Shown: positions 37,771 to 49,012, counted from the stretch's first letter. The stretch: DNA of 64,000 nt from Alphaproteobacteria bacterium (GCA_045614025.1 JAZLCE010000038.1:18875-82874); one strand, 5' to 3'. Numbers and translations are program-made. The notes: generated from the sequence alone by a model not told the origin.

Positions 37771-39333
37771 ATGTTTAAAAAAATGATTTTTGTTCGCCTC
37801 TTTTTAACTTTAGGCTTATTCCTTTCTCTTATTTTTGCTGGATGTAGCATTTTTTATAAGATGAATTATTTAGATTTTAGTTTCACACCAGAAAAGAAAA
37901 CGCCAGTTTGGCGCGTTGAAGCTCATTTAACGTTTACACCAACAGCTGATGAGTCAAAAATCACTTTTGCTAGACCAAATAAAGATGCGCATTTTAAAAT
38001 CCTTGATGAAAGTATTATTGCTAAAGGATTTCAAACTCAAACAACAGACTCTTCTTTCATCATAACGGGAACATCTAAAAAACAAGAACAAGATCTTTAC
38101 TATCGCCTTTTAATTTATGATGTAAAAGAACAATTATCTTTTAATGAAGATAAAACTGAACCCATAGTTGAGGCGCCTATTTTAGATGATGAAACAATGC
38201 TTATTGCAAAAGAACTTTTATCGCAAGTTGAAACTTTTGGTGGCAAAAACAAAGTTAAAAATTTAATCAACTTCATCAATCAAAATGAAGCTAATGAATT
38301 AACATATTCTTATTTTCCGCCACAAATTAGCTTAAAAGAAAAAGCAGAAAAAATAATTGATTTATTGGCTCTTCAAAACATTCCTGCGCGCCTTGTTAGA
38401 GGCATCATGCTAGAAGAAGGCAAAAAAACTTTTTCTCCAGATGTGATGATTGAAGTTTATAATCAAGAACAAAAAGGTTGGCAAGTTTTTGATATTCAAA
38501 CAGCGAAAGAAGGCTCTCCATTAAACTTTATTGCCTTTCAAAAGGGTAGCGCTTCTTTATTTGATGTTTCTGGTGGAAAAGACTCTACTATTAAATATTC
38601 TGTTTTAAAATCCTTAAATTCATCTTTTAGTCTAGCAAAATATCGTGCTAAAAATGCTGATAAAGAACCTTTCTTCAATTATTCAATTTATAATTTACCA
38701 ATTGATCAGCAAAATGCTCTTAAATGGCTTATGGTTTTTCCTCTGGCCATTTTGCTTGTTGTTATTTTAAGAAATGTTATTGGAATGAAAACAATGGGAA
38801 CGTTCACACCTATGCTGATTTCCATGGCGTTGGTTGAAACGGGATTACTTTCAGGATTAGGTTGTTTTTCTTTAATTGTTGCAATTGGGCTTGCTTTGAG
38901 ATTTTTGCTTTCAAAACTTAATTTATTATTGGTTCCACGCATTTCAGCCGTTGTTGTTTTTGTTATCTTAATTATTCAATATTTTTCAATTATAGGATAT
39001 CAAATGGATTGGAAAATTGGCGCTTCAGCCCTCTTTTTCCCAATTATTATTTTAGCATGGATTATTGAACGCGCCTCAATTATTTGGGAAGAAGAAGGAT
39101 TGCATCATGCAGTTAAAGAAGTGTTTAACAGCATTCTCGCTGCCATTTTAATTTATTTTATCATTGAAAATGAAACAATCCGACATGTGATGTTTGTGTT
39201 TAACGAATTAAACTTTGTGATTTTATTTATCACTATGTTATTGGGCACATATACAGGCTATCGCCTAACCGAACTTAAAAGATTTGCCCCATTGGTAAAA
39301 AACAATAAAAAATCCACCAAAAGGAAATCATAA
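37771..39333 (+). CDS. inactive transglutaminase fused to a 7TM domain
   Basis: IPARLVRG, SIYNLP, RNVIGMKTMGTFTP, LVPRISAV, FFPIIILAWIIER, GTYTGYRLTELKRF. Confidence 0.85.
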   Translation: MFKKMIFVRLFLTLGLFLSLIFAGCSIFYKMNYLDFSFTPEKKTPVWRVEAHLTFTPTADESKITFARPNKDAHFKILDESIIAKGFQTQTTDSSFIITGTSKKQEQDLYYRLLIYDVKEQLSFNEDKTEPIVEAPILDDETMLIAKELLSQVETFGGKNKVKNLINFINQNEANELTYSYFPPQISLKEKAEKIIDLLALQNIPARLVRGIMLEEGKKTFSPDVMIEVYNQEQKGWQVFDIQTAKEGSPLNFIAFQKGSASLFDVSGGKDSTIKYSVLKSLNSSFSLAKYRAKNADKEPFFNYSIYNLPIDQQNALKWLMVFPLAILLVVILRNVIGMKTMGTFTPMLISMALVETGLLSGLGCFSLIVAIGLALRFLLSKLNLLLVPRISAVVVFVILIIQYFSIIGYQMDWKIGASALFFPIIILAWIIERASIIWEEEGLHHAVKEVFNSILAAILIYFIIENETIRHVMFVFNELNFVILFITMLLGTYTGYRLTELKRFAPLVKNNKKSTKRKS

Positions 39334-39334
39334 A

Positions 39335-40294
39335 ATGTTTTTAAAAAAATTTGTCTGGCCAAGTGAATTAAAAAAAGCTGGCGTTTTGAATATGAACGCA
39401 AGAAATTATCGCGTTATTGGCTTAAACAATAAACGCCGGCTTTATCCGCTTGTGGATGACAAAGTTAAAACAAAAGAACTTGCCAAAACCGTTGACATTC
39501 AAACCCCCAAACTCATTGGAGTTATCAAAGCGCAATATGAAGTTAAAAATTTACTTTCAATTGTCAAAGGGACAAAAAGCTTTGTGATTAAACCTGCACA
39601 TGGCAGTGGAGGAAAAGGTGTTTTAGTTATCAAAAAATATACGAAAAATTATTTTAGAACAGCCTCTGAACGCGTTTTAAAATATACCGAAGTTTACCAA
39701 CATATTTCAAATATTTTAAGTGGGCTATATAGCCTTGGTGGCAGATATGATGATGCTATATTAGAAGAAATGGTTTCATTTAGCGATATTTTTAAAAAAT
39801 ATAGTTTTCAAGGGGTTCCAGATGTTCGAATTATTGTTTATAAAGGCTATCCGGCAATGGCAATGATGCGTCTTGCAACAAAAGAATCAGGCGGAAGAGC
39901 AAACCTTCATCAAGGGGCTGTTGGCGTTGGTCTTGATATTCAAACAGGGAAAGCCCTCGCTGCTGTTCAACATAATATACCTCTTAATTATCATCCAGAT
40001 ACGCATGCAGATTTAATGACATTATCTGTCCCTGATTGGAAAACGCATCTTCTTATTGCTGCAAAAGGATATGATATGACTGGGCTTGGTTATTTGGGCG
40101 CAGATATTGTGATGGATAAAGAAAAAGGCCCAATGGTTTTGGAATTAAACGCCCGCCCTGGCCTTGCGATTCAAATTGCAAATCAAAAAGGATTATCCCA
40201 TATTTTAGATGAAATTGATACTTATCCAAAAAATCTTTCAGCAGAAGAACGGGTTAATTATATTTTAAATGAAAAAAAATATAAAAGTAAATAA
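39335..40294 (+). CDS. alpha-L-glutamate ligase-like ATP-grasp protein (RimK-related)
   Basis: MNARN, YPLVDDK, FVIKPAHGSGGKG, GVPDVRII, ANLHQG, LELNARPGLAIQIAN. Confidence 0.92.
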   Translation: MFLKKFVWPSELKKAGVLNMNARNYRVIGLNNKRRLYPLVDDKVKTKELAKTVDIQTPKLIGVIKAQYEVKNLLSIVKGTKSFVIKPAHGSGGKGVLVIKKYTKNYFRTASERVLKYTEVYQHISNILSGLYSLGGRYDDAILEEMVSFSDIFKKYSFQGVPDVRIIVYKGYPAMAMMRLATKESGGRANLHQGAVGVGLDIQTGKALAAVQHNIPLNYHPDTHADLMTLSVPDWKTHLLIAAKGYDMTGLGYLGADIVMDKEKGPMVLELNARPGLAIQIANQKGLSHILDEIDTYPKNLSAEERVNYILNEKKYKSK

Positions 40295-40780
40295 ATTAAC
40301 TATTACTAAAACCTTTAATAAATTATTTTTATTAATTATTTTTATATTTTCAGACAAAACTTTATACTCTAAAAAAACAACTACAAAAAAATAAACAATC
40401 AGAGATGGAATCATATCTAAAAATAATATATCCGAATTTTTTGAAACAATAAACAGCAAACTAACTTGATCAACAATATCATTTATTGCAGGAAATAAGG
40501 CCCCCAACCCGACTAAAGGTAGACACATAATATAAATAAAAACCAAGCAAAAAATAGGACCCATAATAATAGATAATGCATTTGCCATAAAGACATAACA
40601 AAGTATCTTTTTATCCCATTTTCTTAACTTTAAAAGGAAATAAAACACTTCTAAAATGGGAATACATATAATGGATATCCAAAATGATTTATATAGCAAA
40701 AAAGGAATAATAATATCTCCACTTGCAAAAGCAGTCGTAGAACTCAACAAAACTAAAAGAATTACAAATAAAAATTTCAT
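40265..40780 (-). CDS. hypothetical membrane protein (very AT-rich, 3' end overlaps the ATP-grasp gene)
   Basis: Signal-like N-terminus and several hydrophobic helices. Confidence 0.55.
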   Translation of the reverse strand: MKFLFVILLVLLSSTTAFASGDIIIPFLLYKSFWISIICIPILEVFYFLLKLRKWDKKILCYVFMANALSIIMGPIFCLVFIYIMCLPLVGLGALFPAINDIVDQVSLLFIVSKNSDILFLDMIPSLIVYFFVVVFLEYKVLSENIKIINKNNLLKVLVIVNLFTFIFFFI

Positions 40781-40862
40781 TATAAAATCCCTAATAAGGT
40801 TTCCTGAATTTATTTAATACTAAAGAATTCACATACTTTTAACAAGTTAATTTTTAATTTCT

Positions 40863-40894
40863 AAAAAAAGCGCTTTTAACAAGCGCTTTTTTTT
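40863..40894 (-). terminator. intrinsic terminator of ftsH
   Basis: A7-GCGCTT..AAGCGC-T-run. Confidence 0.8.
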
Positions 40895-42872
40895 AGATCT
40901 TTTTATCCATCTTTTTCTTAACGATTGGCTTTTTCACCATTGAAACAGAAGTTTCTTTTGGATTAAAAAGTTCTGAAATATCAACATTTTCTTCAACTTC
41001 TTCAGAAACTTCGCCAACTGATGGAACAGTTGCTCTGGCTTTAGCTTGTGCCTCAGCTGCTGTTGAAACACGAATTTCTTTACCTTCTAATAAATCTTTA
41101 ATTTCCTCGCCAGATAAAGTTTCATATTCAACAAGACCCATTGCTAATGTATCCAATTCAACTTTATAATCCGTTAAAATTTGACGCGTTTTTTGATAAG
41201 CTTCATCAATAATTTTTCTGATTTCTTCATCCACTTTTTGCGCCGTTAAATCAGAAACATTTTTTCTTTTTGAAATACTATATCCCAAAAAGACTTCACC
41301 TTCAGGTTCATCATAAGCAATCGGACCCATCACATCACTCATACCCCATTCGCTCACCATTTTTCTTGCAATCGTTGTAGCAACTTGAATATCGTTGCTT
41401 GCGCCAGTTGAAACTTTTTCTTTCCCAAAGATCATTTCTTCGGCTAAACGACCAGCAAACAAAATGCTTAATCTGGATTTCAAATAAGTCATGCTTTGAG
41501 AATATTTATCTTTCTCTGGCAATTGCATGGTAACTCCAAGCGCACGTCCTCTTGGAATGATTGTAACTTTATGAAGCGGATCAGATTCTGGCAAATGAAG
41601 TGAAACAATAGCATGCCCAGCTTCATGATAAGCCGTCATTTTCTTTTCTTGTTCATCCATTACAAGTGACTTTCTTTCAGATCCCATCATCACTTTATCT
41701 TTGGCATCTTCAAATTCTTGCATCGTTACCATTGTTTTATTTCTACGTGCGGCTAAAAGAGCAGCTTCATTTACTAAATTTGCCAAATCTGCGCCTGAAA
41801 AACCAGGAGTTCCCCGTGCAATAAGTGGCAATGAAACATTTGGTGCGAGAGGCACTTTTTTAACATGAACATTCAAAATTGCTTCACGACCATTAATATC
41901 TGGATTAGAAACAACAATTTGCCTATCAAAACGACCAGGTCTTAACAAAGCAGGATCCAAAACATCTGGTCTGTTTGTTGCAGCAATTAAAATGATGCCT
42001 GAATTCGTTTCAAATCCATCCATTTCAACAAGCAATTGATTAAGCGTTTGCTCTCTTTCATCATTTCCGCCACCAAGACCGGCACCACGATGACGACCAA
42101 CTGCATCAATTTCATCAACAAAAACAATACAAGGTGCTTCTTTTTTTGCCTGTTCAAACATATCTCTGACACGAGAAGCCCCAACGCCTACAAACATTTC
42201 AACAAAATCAGAACCAGATATGCTGAAAAAAGGCACATTTGCTTCACCTGCAATGGCTCTTGCCAATAATGTTTTACCTGTACCTGGAGGGCCAACAAGC
42301 AACGCACCTTTTGGAATTTTTCCACCAAGTCTTTGAAACTTAATTGGTGCTTTCAAAAAGTCAACAATCTCTTGCAATTCTTGTTTGGCTTCTTCAATTC
42401 CAGCAACATCACTAAAAGTCACTTTGTCTTTGCCTTCTAACAATTTGGCTTTTGATTTGCCGAAACTCATTGCTTTTCCATTACTTGAGGCCATTTGTTT
42501 CATCATCATAATCCAAATGCCCGCAAAAAGCAAAATAGGAGCCCATGAAATTAATGCCATTAACCAACCTGATTCTGTTTCAGGAGGAAGCGCTTTAATT
42601 TTAACATTATGTTCTTTTAAAACAGGCATCAACCCAGCTTCTAAAGGCATATATGTTTTAAACATTCCTGTTTTTTGAAATTCACCAGTGATAGATTGAC
42701 CTTGAATTTCAACAGATTTAACATCTCCTTTTTCAACGGAGCTTAAAAATTCGCTATATGATAAATCAATTTGTTTGGATTTATTTGGATCAGGGAATGA
42801 AAAAGCCCCTAATAAAACCATTGAAGTAAAGAAAACAAGCCAAAAAACGGCTGTATTCGACTTTTTTTTCAT
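40893..42872 (-). CDS. ftsH: ATP-dependent zinc metalloprotease FtsH
   Basis: Two TM segments, [37 protein letters not shown]. Confidence 0.98.
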   Translation of the reverse strand: MKKKSNTAVFWLVFFTSMVLLGAFSFPDPNKSKQIDLSYSEFLSSVEKGDVKSVEIQGQSITGEFQKTGMFKTYMPLEAGLMPVLKEHNVKIKALPPETESGWLMALISWAPILLFAGIWIMMMKQMASSNGKAMSFGKSKAKLLEGKDKVTFSDVAGIEEAKQELQEIVDFLKAPIKFQRLGGKIPKGALLVGPPGTGKTLLARAIAGEANVPFFSISGSDFVEMFVGVGASRVRDMFEQAKKEAPCIVFVDEIDAVGRHRGAGLGGGNDEREQTLNQLLVEMDGFETNSGIILIAATNRPDVLDPALLRPGRFDRQIVVSNPDINGREAILNVHVKKVPLAPNVSLPLIARGTPGFSGADLANLVNEAALLAARRNKTMVTMQEFEDAKDKVMMGSERKSLVMDEQEKKMTAYHEAGHAIVSLHLPESDPLHKVTIIPRGRALGVTMQLPEKDKYSQSMTYLKSRLSILFAGRLAEEMIFGKEKVSTGASNDIQVATTIARKMVSEWGMSDVMGPIAYDEPEGEVFLGYSISKRKNVSDLTAQKVDEEIRKIIDEAYQKTRQILTDYKVELDTLAMGLVEYETLSGEEIKDLLEGKEIRVSTAAEAQAKARATVPSVGEVSEEVEENVDISELFNPKETSVSMVKKPIVKKKMDKKI

Positions 42873-42887
42873 TTAAACTTTCCTTTT

Positions 42888-44096
42888 TTAATTTTTTTTA
42901 ATCATTTTAATAAAAATATGATAACTTAAGTTTTCTTTATACTCAATTTCAAGAACATTTTCAAGTTCTTTTTCAGGCTCAAAATAAGGAAAACTTTGTT
43001 GAACTAAATATGGAATATTTTTTTTGCGCTTCAATGGGGCGCAAGCTTTTAAAACACCATTTAGCTCTGAATGAATTTCAAAACCAGACCAATAATAAAC
43101 CTTCCCTTTTTTAATTTTCAAAGGCGCAGGCATTGTTTTTGGTTCTTTTGAAATAAAAATACCTTTCTTGTGTGGAATAATTAAACAAGATGCTAAAGTC
43201 ATTTGTTTGATATCCCCTAAACAAGCGCGTTCTAAAAGCTCAAGAGAAATCATTTTATCTGACTTCCCAACGCGTTTTAACAAAGCATCCATCACCTTAA
43301 TTTTAATCTCATCCGGCAATAAAAAAAACTTTTCTTTATCAATTAATGCATATCCTTCAGGATAAAATTTAACAGATTCTTTAATAAATAATTCTTGATA
43401 CCAAAACAAAGCTTGAGAAGCTCTTGCCAATCTTTTTGTTGAAGATAAAATATTTTTAAGAGGAATTCCTTTTTCTTCAATAACAGGCAAAAATTTACGC
43501 CATTTAACCCGTTCAAAAGACTCATCTTCATTCATGGGATCTTTTACCCACTCAATATTTTTTTTCAACAGATATTTTTCAATTTCTTTTTTCGAAACAT
43601 CTAAAAAAGGCCGCACCAATAAAACACCATTGCGATATATTTTTTCACGCATAGAGCTTAATCCTTCAACGGAACTTCCTCTTGCTAAACGCGATAAAAA
43701 TGTTTCAATCTGATCTTCTTGCTGGTGCGCAATAAAAAGAGTTGCGATATCGTTTTTTTTGCAATAATCAATTAACAATTGATACCTGATTTCACGCGCG
43801 TGTTCTTCAACCTTCGTATTGCCTATTTTTTCTTTATTCACCAAAATTTCATGAGAAATCCCTTGGCTTTTTAAAAATTTATGAACACTTTTGGCTTCCT
43901 TAGAACTTTCTTTTCGAATCTGATGATCAACCGTGAGTGCGCTTAATTTAATATTCTTTTTTTTGCAAAATTCATGAAGCAAAAGTGTTAAACATAAACT
44001 ATCTGCCCCACCAGAAACAGCAACTGCAACTCGTTCTTTTAAATCTGGCAGTAACTCAAAAATTTTTTTCTCAAAATCAACTTCATTTAACATCAT
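42888..44096 (-). CDS. tilS: tRNA(Ile)-lysidine synthetase
   Basis: AVSGGADS, VDHQIR, AREIRY, AHQQEDQIET, RPFL. Confidence 0.95.
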   Translation of the reverse strand: MMLNEVDFEKKIFELLPDLKERVAVAVSGGADSLCLTLLLHEFCKKKNIKLSALTVDHQIRKESSKEAKSVHKFLKSQGISHEILVNKEKIGNTKVEEHAREIRYQLLIDYCKKNDIATLFIAHQQEDQIETFLSRLARGSSVEGLSSMREKIYRNGVLLVRPFLDVSKKEIEKYLLKKNIEWVKDPMNEDESFERVKWRKFLPVIEEKGIPLKNILSSTKRLARASQALFWYQELFIKESVKFYPEGYALIDKEKFFLLPDEIKIKVMDALLKRVGKSDKMISLELLERACLGDIKQMTLASCLIIPHKKGIFISKEPKTMPAPLKIKKGKVYYWSGFEIHSELNGVLKACAPLKRKKNIPYLVQQSFPYFEPEKELENVLEIEYKENLSYHIFIKMIKKN

Positions 44097-44097
44097 A

Positions 44098-44883
44098 TTA
44101 TTTACATTGCAATTTTTTTGCTTCAGCTGTTGCCCTATCTTTTAAACGTTGTTCTGCTTTTGGAAATTCATCTTGCAAAGATTTAAATGCCGTACAAGCT
44201 TCTTGCTTTTTATTTAACTTATTCATGGTCAAACCAAGTTTTAATAAATTATCCGCTGCTTTTGAATTATCTTTATATTTTGTAAACCCATCAGCAAAAA
44301 TACCAACAGCTTGTTCAAAAAGACCACGCGCATAATATGTTTCGCCCAACCAATAATTTGCATTACCAACCAAAGAAGATTTTGGATATTCTTTCATAAA
44401 CAAAGTAAAGGCTTCTTCTGCTTTTTTATAATCCCCTTTTTTCATCAAATTATAGGCAGCATCATATGCTTCTTTATCCCCTTTTTTTGGCTCGTTTATT
44501 GAGGATGCAGATGAATTTTTATCATTTGAGATCATATTAAAACGAACATCTAAATCAGCATTCATTCTGTTCAAACGATCTTCCAATTGCTTTTGATTAA
44601 ATTCAATTTGTTCCATTTTTGCAGTTAAATCTTTCACAACTTGATCTTGTGCTGAAAGCCTTGAATAAAGATCTTCTAAATTACTTTCACCAGTTGAACC
44701 ATTATTATCGCTTGCTATTAAAATTGGCGTTTCGCTCTTTTGATATACTTTTCGTTGCAATGCACTTAAATCATTTTCAATACGCGTTACTTTTTCATCC
44801 AATAAATCAACTTTCAATTCTGCCATAGCAGAATAAGAAATAAAAGAAGAAACCAAAAAACAAGATAAAATGATTTTTTTCAT
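44098..44883 (-). CDS. cpoB: Tol-Pal system protein CpoB/YbgF
   Basis: Signal peptide, coiled coil, TPR (ANYWLGETYY, KAADNLLKLG); between pal and tilS. Confidence 0.9.
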   Translation of the reverse strand: MKKIILSCFLVSSFISYSAMAELKVDLLDEKVTRIENDLSALQRKVYQKSETPILIASDNNGSTGESNLEDLYSRLSAQDQVVKDLTAKMEQIEFNQKQLEDRLNRMNADLDVRFNMISNDKNSSASSINEPKKGDKEAYDAAYNLMKKGDYKKAEEAFTLFMKEYPKSSLVGNANYWLGETYYARGLFEQAVGIFADGFTKYKDNSKAADNLLKLGLTMNKLNKKQEACTAFKSLQDEFPKAEQRLKDRATAEAKKLQCK

Positions 44884-44901
44884 AACATGTTCCTTTAATA
44901 T

Positions 44902-44944
44902 AAAAACTCTTCCTCATTTTACAAGGAAGAGTTTTTTTTAACAA
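44902..44944 (-). terminator. pal terminator hairpin containing a candidate cpoB promoter
   Basis: AAAAACTCTTCCT-N9-AGGAAGAGTTTTT; minus strand TTGTTA(44944-44939)-N17-TAAAAT(44921-44916, in the loop). Confidence 0.65.
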
Positions 44945-44970
44945 GTCTTTTTTTCTAAAGAAAAACTTTT

Positions 44971-45465
44971 TTAGTAAGCAACTGTTGTTGCATTACGGTT
45001 TTTAGCCCAAGCTTCTTCTGTTGAACCTGGAACAACTGGTCTTTCTTTACCGTATGAGATAATGCGAATACGGTCAGATGAAATGCCTTTCATCACTAAG
45101 AAACGACGAGCTTCATCTGCACGACGTTCACCCAATGCCAAGTTATATTCTTCTGTACCACGTTCGTCGCAACGACCTTCAATCACAACTAAAACACGTG
45201 GATTTGCTTTTAACCATTCAGCTTGTTGTGATAAAACAGCTTTTGAATCACCATCCAAAGAAGAACTATCTAATGCAAAATAAACAACATTTTGATTTTC
45301 ATCTTTGAATTTTTGTGTCATAGCTGTATCTTGCAAATCAGAAATGTTAACATTATCATTCCAACCGCCTTGGCCATTACCATATAAATCAGCACCATCT
45401 TTTTGAGAAGCACAAGCACTCAAAAAAGAAACTGCACATACAACTGCAAGTATTTTTTTCAACAT
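44971..45465 (-). CDS. pal: peptidoglycan-associated lipoprotein
   Basis: Lipobox LSAC; VYFALDS, IEGRCDERGTEEYNLALGERRA, SYGKERP. Confidence 0.95.
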   Translation of the reverse strand: MLKKILAVVCAVSFLSACASQKDGADLYGNGQGGWNDNVNISDLQDTAMTQKFKDENQNVVYFALDSSSLDGDSKAVLSQQAEWLKANPRVLVVIEGRCDERGTEEYNLALGERRADEARRFLVMKGISSDRIRIISYGKERPVVPGSTEEAWAKNRNATTVAY

Positions 45466-45657
45466 TTTTTCTTCCTTTATTTTAAATTTTTTCAAACATT
45501 AGCGACAGAGAAAAGCTCTTCCATCCTTAAGGAGTATAAAAAACATAATCTCTTTGAAAAGTCAAGATATTTTTTCAAAATCACCATTAAAAAATATTGC
45601 TATTTTTAAAAGAAAATTTTATACTTGCACAAAAATTTCAACCATAAGGAAAAACAA

Positions 45658-47061
45658 ATGAAAAGTATGACTGAGGGTCATCCTCTTAAACTTATTCTTT
45701 TATTCATGCTTCCCATTTTACTTGGGAACATTTTTCATCAACTTTACATTCTTTCAGACCTTTTTATTTTAGGTCATTATTTAGGAATTCGCGCTCTTGC
45801 TATTGCTGGCGCAATGACCCCTATTTTTATTATGGCAGTTATGACTTCTTTGGGATTTACAAATGGCCTTTCAATTATTACAGCCCAACGCTTTGGAGCA
45901 AATGATATTAAAAATGTTCGCGCTTCTTTTGCCATTGGTATTGTTTTAAGTTCTTTATTTGCTTTACTCATTTTCTTATTTTTAATCCTAAAAATGGATT
46001 TAATTTTAACATTGATGAATGTCCCTAAGGATATTTTTATTGATTCTGGCCGGTTTATGACCATTCTTTCATATGGTGTTATCGCCATTGTATTTTACAA
46101 CTTTTTAGCTGGCATTTTAAGATCTCTTGGTGATAGCAAAACCCCGCTTTATTATCTTATTTTTGCATCAGTTTTAAATATTATTATCAACGTCACTTTA
46201 ATTGTTAAATTCAATTTAGATGTTACAGGGGTTGCATTTGGAACTTGCATCGCTCAATTTACTTCTGCTTTCTTATGTTTAGGCTATATGTTAATAAAAT
46301 ATCCAATGCTTCGTTTAAGAAAAGAAGATTTTTCTTTTAATTTTCAATTTGTAATTGAACATTTAAAAATTGCAATTCCTATGACAGTTCAATTTTCAAT
46401 TATTGGGCTTGGTGTTATCACCGTTCAAAGCGTTTGCAATCAATTTGGAACAGGAACAATTGCCGCTTTTTCTGCCGCTACCCGCATCGAACAATTAGCC
46501 ACTATGCCATTATTTTCATTGGGCCATGCGCTCACAACTTATGTTGCCCAAAACTTTGGCGCTCGTTTACTCAGACGCATCAGACAAGGCGTTTTGCAAT
46601 GTTGTATCCTTGCTTCTGCAACAAGCATTATTTTAGCTTTACTTGCTTTTAAATATGGGAAAAATTTAGCACTTATATTTCTTAATAATCCCAGCGAAGA
46701 AATTTTATCACAAGCAACCACCTATATTCAAATCACAACAGCTTTTTATATTTTCTTAGCTCAAATATTTATTTTCAGACAAGCACTCCAAGGTATGGGA
46801 CGCGCTATTATCCCTCTTATTTCTGGAATTATAGAGCTGATTATGCGTTGGTTTGCAGCCTTTTCTCTTGCCGCTTACATGGGATATAAAGGCATTTGCT
46901 ATGCTGGCCCAATTGCATGGGTAAGTGCAGCTATTTTTGTGATGATTAGTTATTTTATAATTATCAAAGAATTTAAGATTTCTCTTTTTGGACCATTAAA
47001 CCAAATATCATCTCTTAGAAAGGAATTTCAAATTCGAATTGAAAAACGAAAAAAAAGATAA
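45658..47061 (+). CDS. MATE family efflux transporter
   Basis: MTEGHPLKLILLFMLP, AQRFGA, LRSLGDSKTPL, AQNFGA; promoter TTGCTA-N17-TATACT at 45597-45625. Confidence 0.92.
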   Translation: MKSMTEGHPLKLILLFMLPILLGNIFHQLYILSDLFILGHYLGIRALAIAGAMTPIFIMAVMTSLGFTNGLSIITAQRFGANDIKNVRASFAIGIVLSSLFALLIFLFLILKMDLILTLMNVPKDIFIDSGRFMTILSYGVIAIVFYNFLAGILRSLGDSKTPLYYLIFASVLNIIINVTLIVKFNLDVTGVAFGTCIAQFTSAFLCLGYMLIKYPMLRLRKEDFSFNFQFVIEHLKIAIPMTVQFSIIGLGVITVQSVCNQFGTGTIAAFSAATRIEQLATMPLFSLGHALTTYVAQNFGARLLRRIRQGVLQCCILASATSIILALLAFKYGKNLALIFLNNPSEEILSQATTYIQITTAFYIFLAQIFIFRQALQGMGRAIIPLISGIIELIMRWFAAFSLAAYMGYKGICYAGPIAWVSAAIFVMISYFIIIKEFKISLFGPLNQISSLRKEFQIRIEKRKKR

Positions 47062-47121
47062 CTCAATTATTTTATTCTTGCATTTTCAAACCAAATAGTG
47101 TATAAGTTAAAAAAAAATTAA

Positions 47122-47197
<76 letters not shown>

Positions 47198-47226
47198 AAA
47201 AACCGACCATATGGTCGTTTTTTTTA
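47198..47226. terminator. terminator after tRNA-Lys
   Basis: A-run, CGACCATATGGTCG palindrome, T-run. Confidence 0.7.
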
Positions 47227-47251
47227 TACATACCAAATCTAAATTCATTTC

Positions 47252-48148
47252 CTATACACCAAAATATTTTAAAAAACAGGTTATAGTTGTATAAATCAGT
47301 CCTACATTTAACAAACAACCAAAAAAAACAAAAAAGCATTCCCACGAGCTCACTTTTGCATCTGGAATATTTTTTTCAGTTGCATAAAAAGAAATTGCCT
47401 TTTGATATTTAACAAACAAACAAATTGTTAAGGCAATCATCAACCAATAAAAAAGAACTGTCACCATTAATAAATTTAATGGTAACAGTTCACCTTCTTG
47501 ACCATTAAATTCAAACCCATATAATCCGGTTAAAAGAAAAACAAAGAAGGCAGAGCCAACTGGTTTTAAATCTTCTTTATATCCCAAAGATTTCACCGAA
47601 TAAGCAATGGCTTTAAATATATGAATTGATGTGAAAGATAACAAAATCGCTTGCCAAAAAGGATTTACGGGATCTTTTTGAAAATCTCTAACCGCCTTAA
47701 TGTTTTTATATACCCAATACATCAAATAAAAACCACCTGTAATCAAAGATAAAAAAATCAGCCGCGCATTAGAAATATTAAAATAAGGCGTTGTTTCATC
47801 TGGATTAAAACGGGCATACTTTTCTTTTTTATTCTTCAAAAAATTTATATAATAAGTATTAACGCGTATTGCTAAAAATAATGACAATAAAACATATAGC
47901 AATAATCCTATATAATACCCATAAGTAAAAAACAATAAACTTAAAATAATATAGAAAATACTTTTATTGATTCCTAAATAAAGATAGTAAAAAGGACCAA
48001 ACAAAAAGGCCCAAGTATTCACCAATGACCCATCTATTAATTCTTCTTTTTTTTGTGGGGATATTTTAGGAATAAATTTAAAATCTTTAAACTTTTCTTG
48101 TGATGACCATTCAATATATTCATTTAAAAAGCGTTCATTTTCATTCAT
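47252..48148 (-). CDS. hypothetical multi-pass membrane protein (DUF2628-like N-terminus)
   Basis: NTWAFLFGPFYYLY; LSLITGGFYLMYWVYKN; several TM segments. Confidence 0.7.
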   Translation of the reverse strand: MNENERFLNEYIEWSSQEKFKDFKFIPKISPQKKEELIDGSLVNTWAFLFGPFYYLYLGINKSIFYIILSLLFFTYGYYIGLLLYVLLSLFLAIRVNTYYINFLKNKKEKYARFNPDETTPYFNISNARLIFLSLITGGFYLMYWVYKNIKAVRDFQKDPVNPFWQAILLSFTSIHIFKAIAYSVKSLGYKEDLKPVGSAFFVFLLTGLYGFEFNGQEGELLPLNLLMVTVLFYWLMIALTICLFVKYQKAISFYATEKNIPDAKVSSWECFFVFFGCLLNVGLIYTTITCFLKYFGV

Positions 48149-48271
48149 AATAAACTCCTATTCAATTATATAAAACATTAGGTCATTAAAAAATATTATT
48201 GTCAATACATTTAAAATCATTGCAGATTCAATTCATTTTTGTTATAACCATAAAAAACGAAAGGATACCTC

Positions 48272-48523
48272 ATGCAACATATTTCATATACCCCTCATGG
48301 CGTTTGCGCACAAAATATTAGTTTTGATATCAAAGATGGAAAAATTTTTAATTTAAAATTCATTGGTGGATGCATGGGAAATTTATGCGCCATTTCAAAA
48401 TTGGTTGAAGGAAAAGAGGCAAAAGAAGTTGCCACCATTTTAAAGGGCAATGATTGTCGTGGCAAAGGAACTTCTTGCGCTGATCAATTGGCAAGAGCCA
48501 TTGAGGAAGCTTTAAAAAAATAA
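48272..48523 (+). CDS. TIGR03905-like small TSCPD-domain protein
   Basis: GVCA, FIGGCMGNL, LKGNDC..KGTSCADQLA. Confidence 0.85.
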   Translation: MQHISYTPHGVCAQNISFDIKDGKIFNLKFIGGCMGNLCAISKLVEGKEAKEVATILKGNDCRGKGTSCADQLARAIEEALKK

Positions 48524-49012
48524 CTATTTATCTGTTTGATAAAAACAAGTTGGATACCCCTCTTCTTTTGTCATCGGTTCAAATCGTTTTAAACGATCTG
48601 AAAAAATTTCTTCATTAATCACAAATTGTGTTATATCTTTTTCAGTTCGTTTTAACGCCCTTTGTTTTGCAATTTCAATATCACATTGAACCGCATGAAA
48701 AATAACATGCGGGGTTAAACTTTTTGCCCAATTATAATATTTTTTTCTGGTTTCTTTTTCCCAAAAACCATAATCCATAATAACTGAATGGCCATTTAAA
48801 ATTTCTTCTGCGGCAATCTTTTTAATTTTCTCATCAATAATATCAAAGCGCTCTTTTGAAAAATCCTCTGGATTTCGGCCATATTCTTTAATCATAAAAT
48901 CATCATGCGTTAATAAAACAGCCGATTCTTCTTGTGCTATTTTTTTCGCAATACTGGTTTTGCCACAACCAATAAACCCATGCATAAGATGAATTGTCAC
49001 TTCTTTTTTCAT
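48524..49012 (-). CDS. small P-loop kinase-like ATP-binding protein (AAA_33-like)
   Basis: GFIGCGKT, VIMDYGFW..R, FEP. Confidence 0.8.
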   Translation of the reverse strand: MKKEVTIHLMHGFIGCGKTSIAKKIAQEESAVLLTHDDFMIKEYGRNPEDFSKERFDIIDEKIKKIAAEEILNGHSVIMDYGFWEKETRKKYYNWAKSLTPHVIFHAVQCDIEIAKQRALKRTEKDITQFVINEEIFSDRLKRFEPMTKEEGYPTCFYQTDK

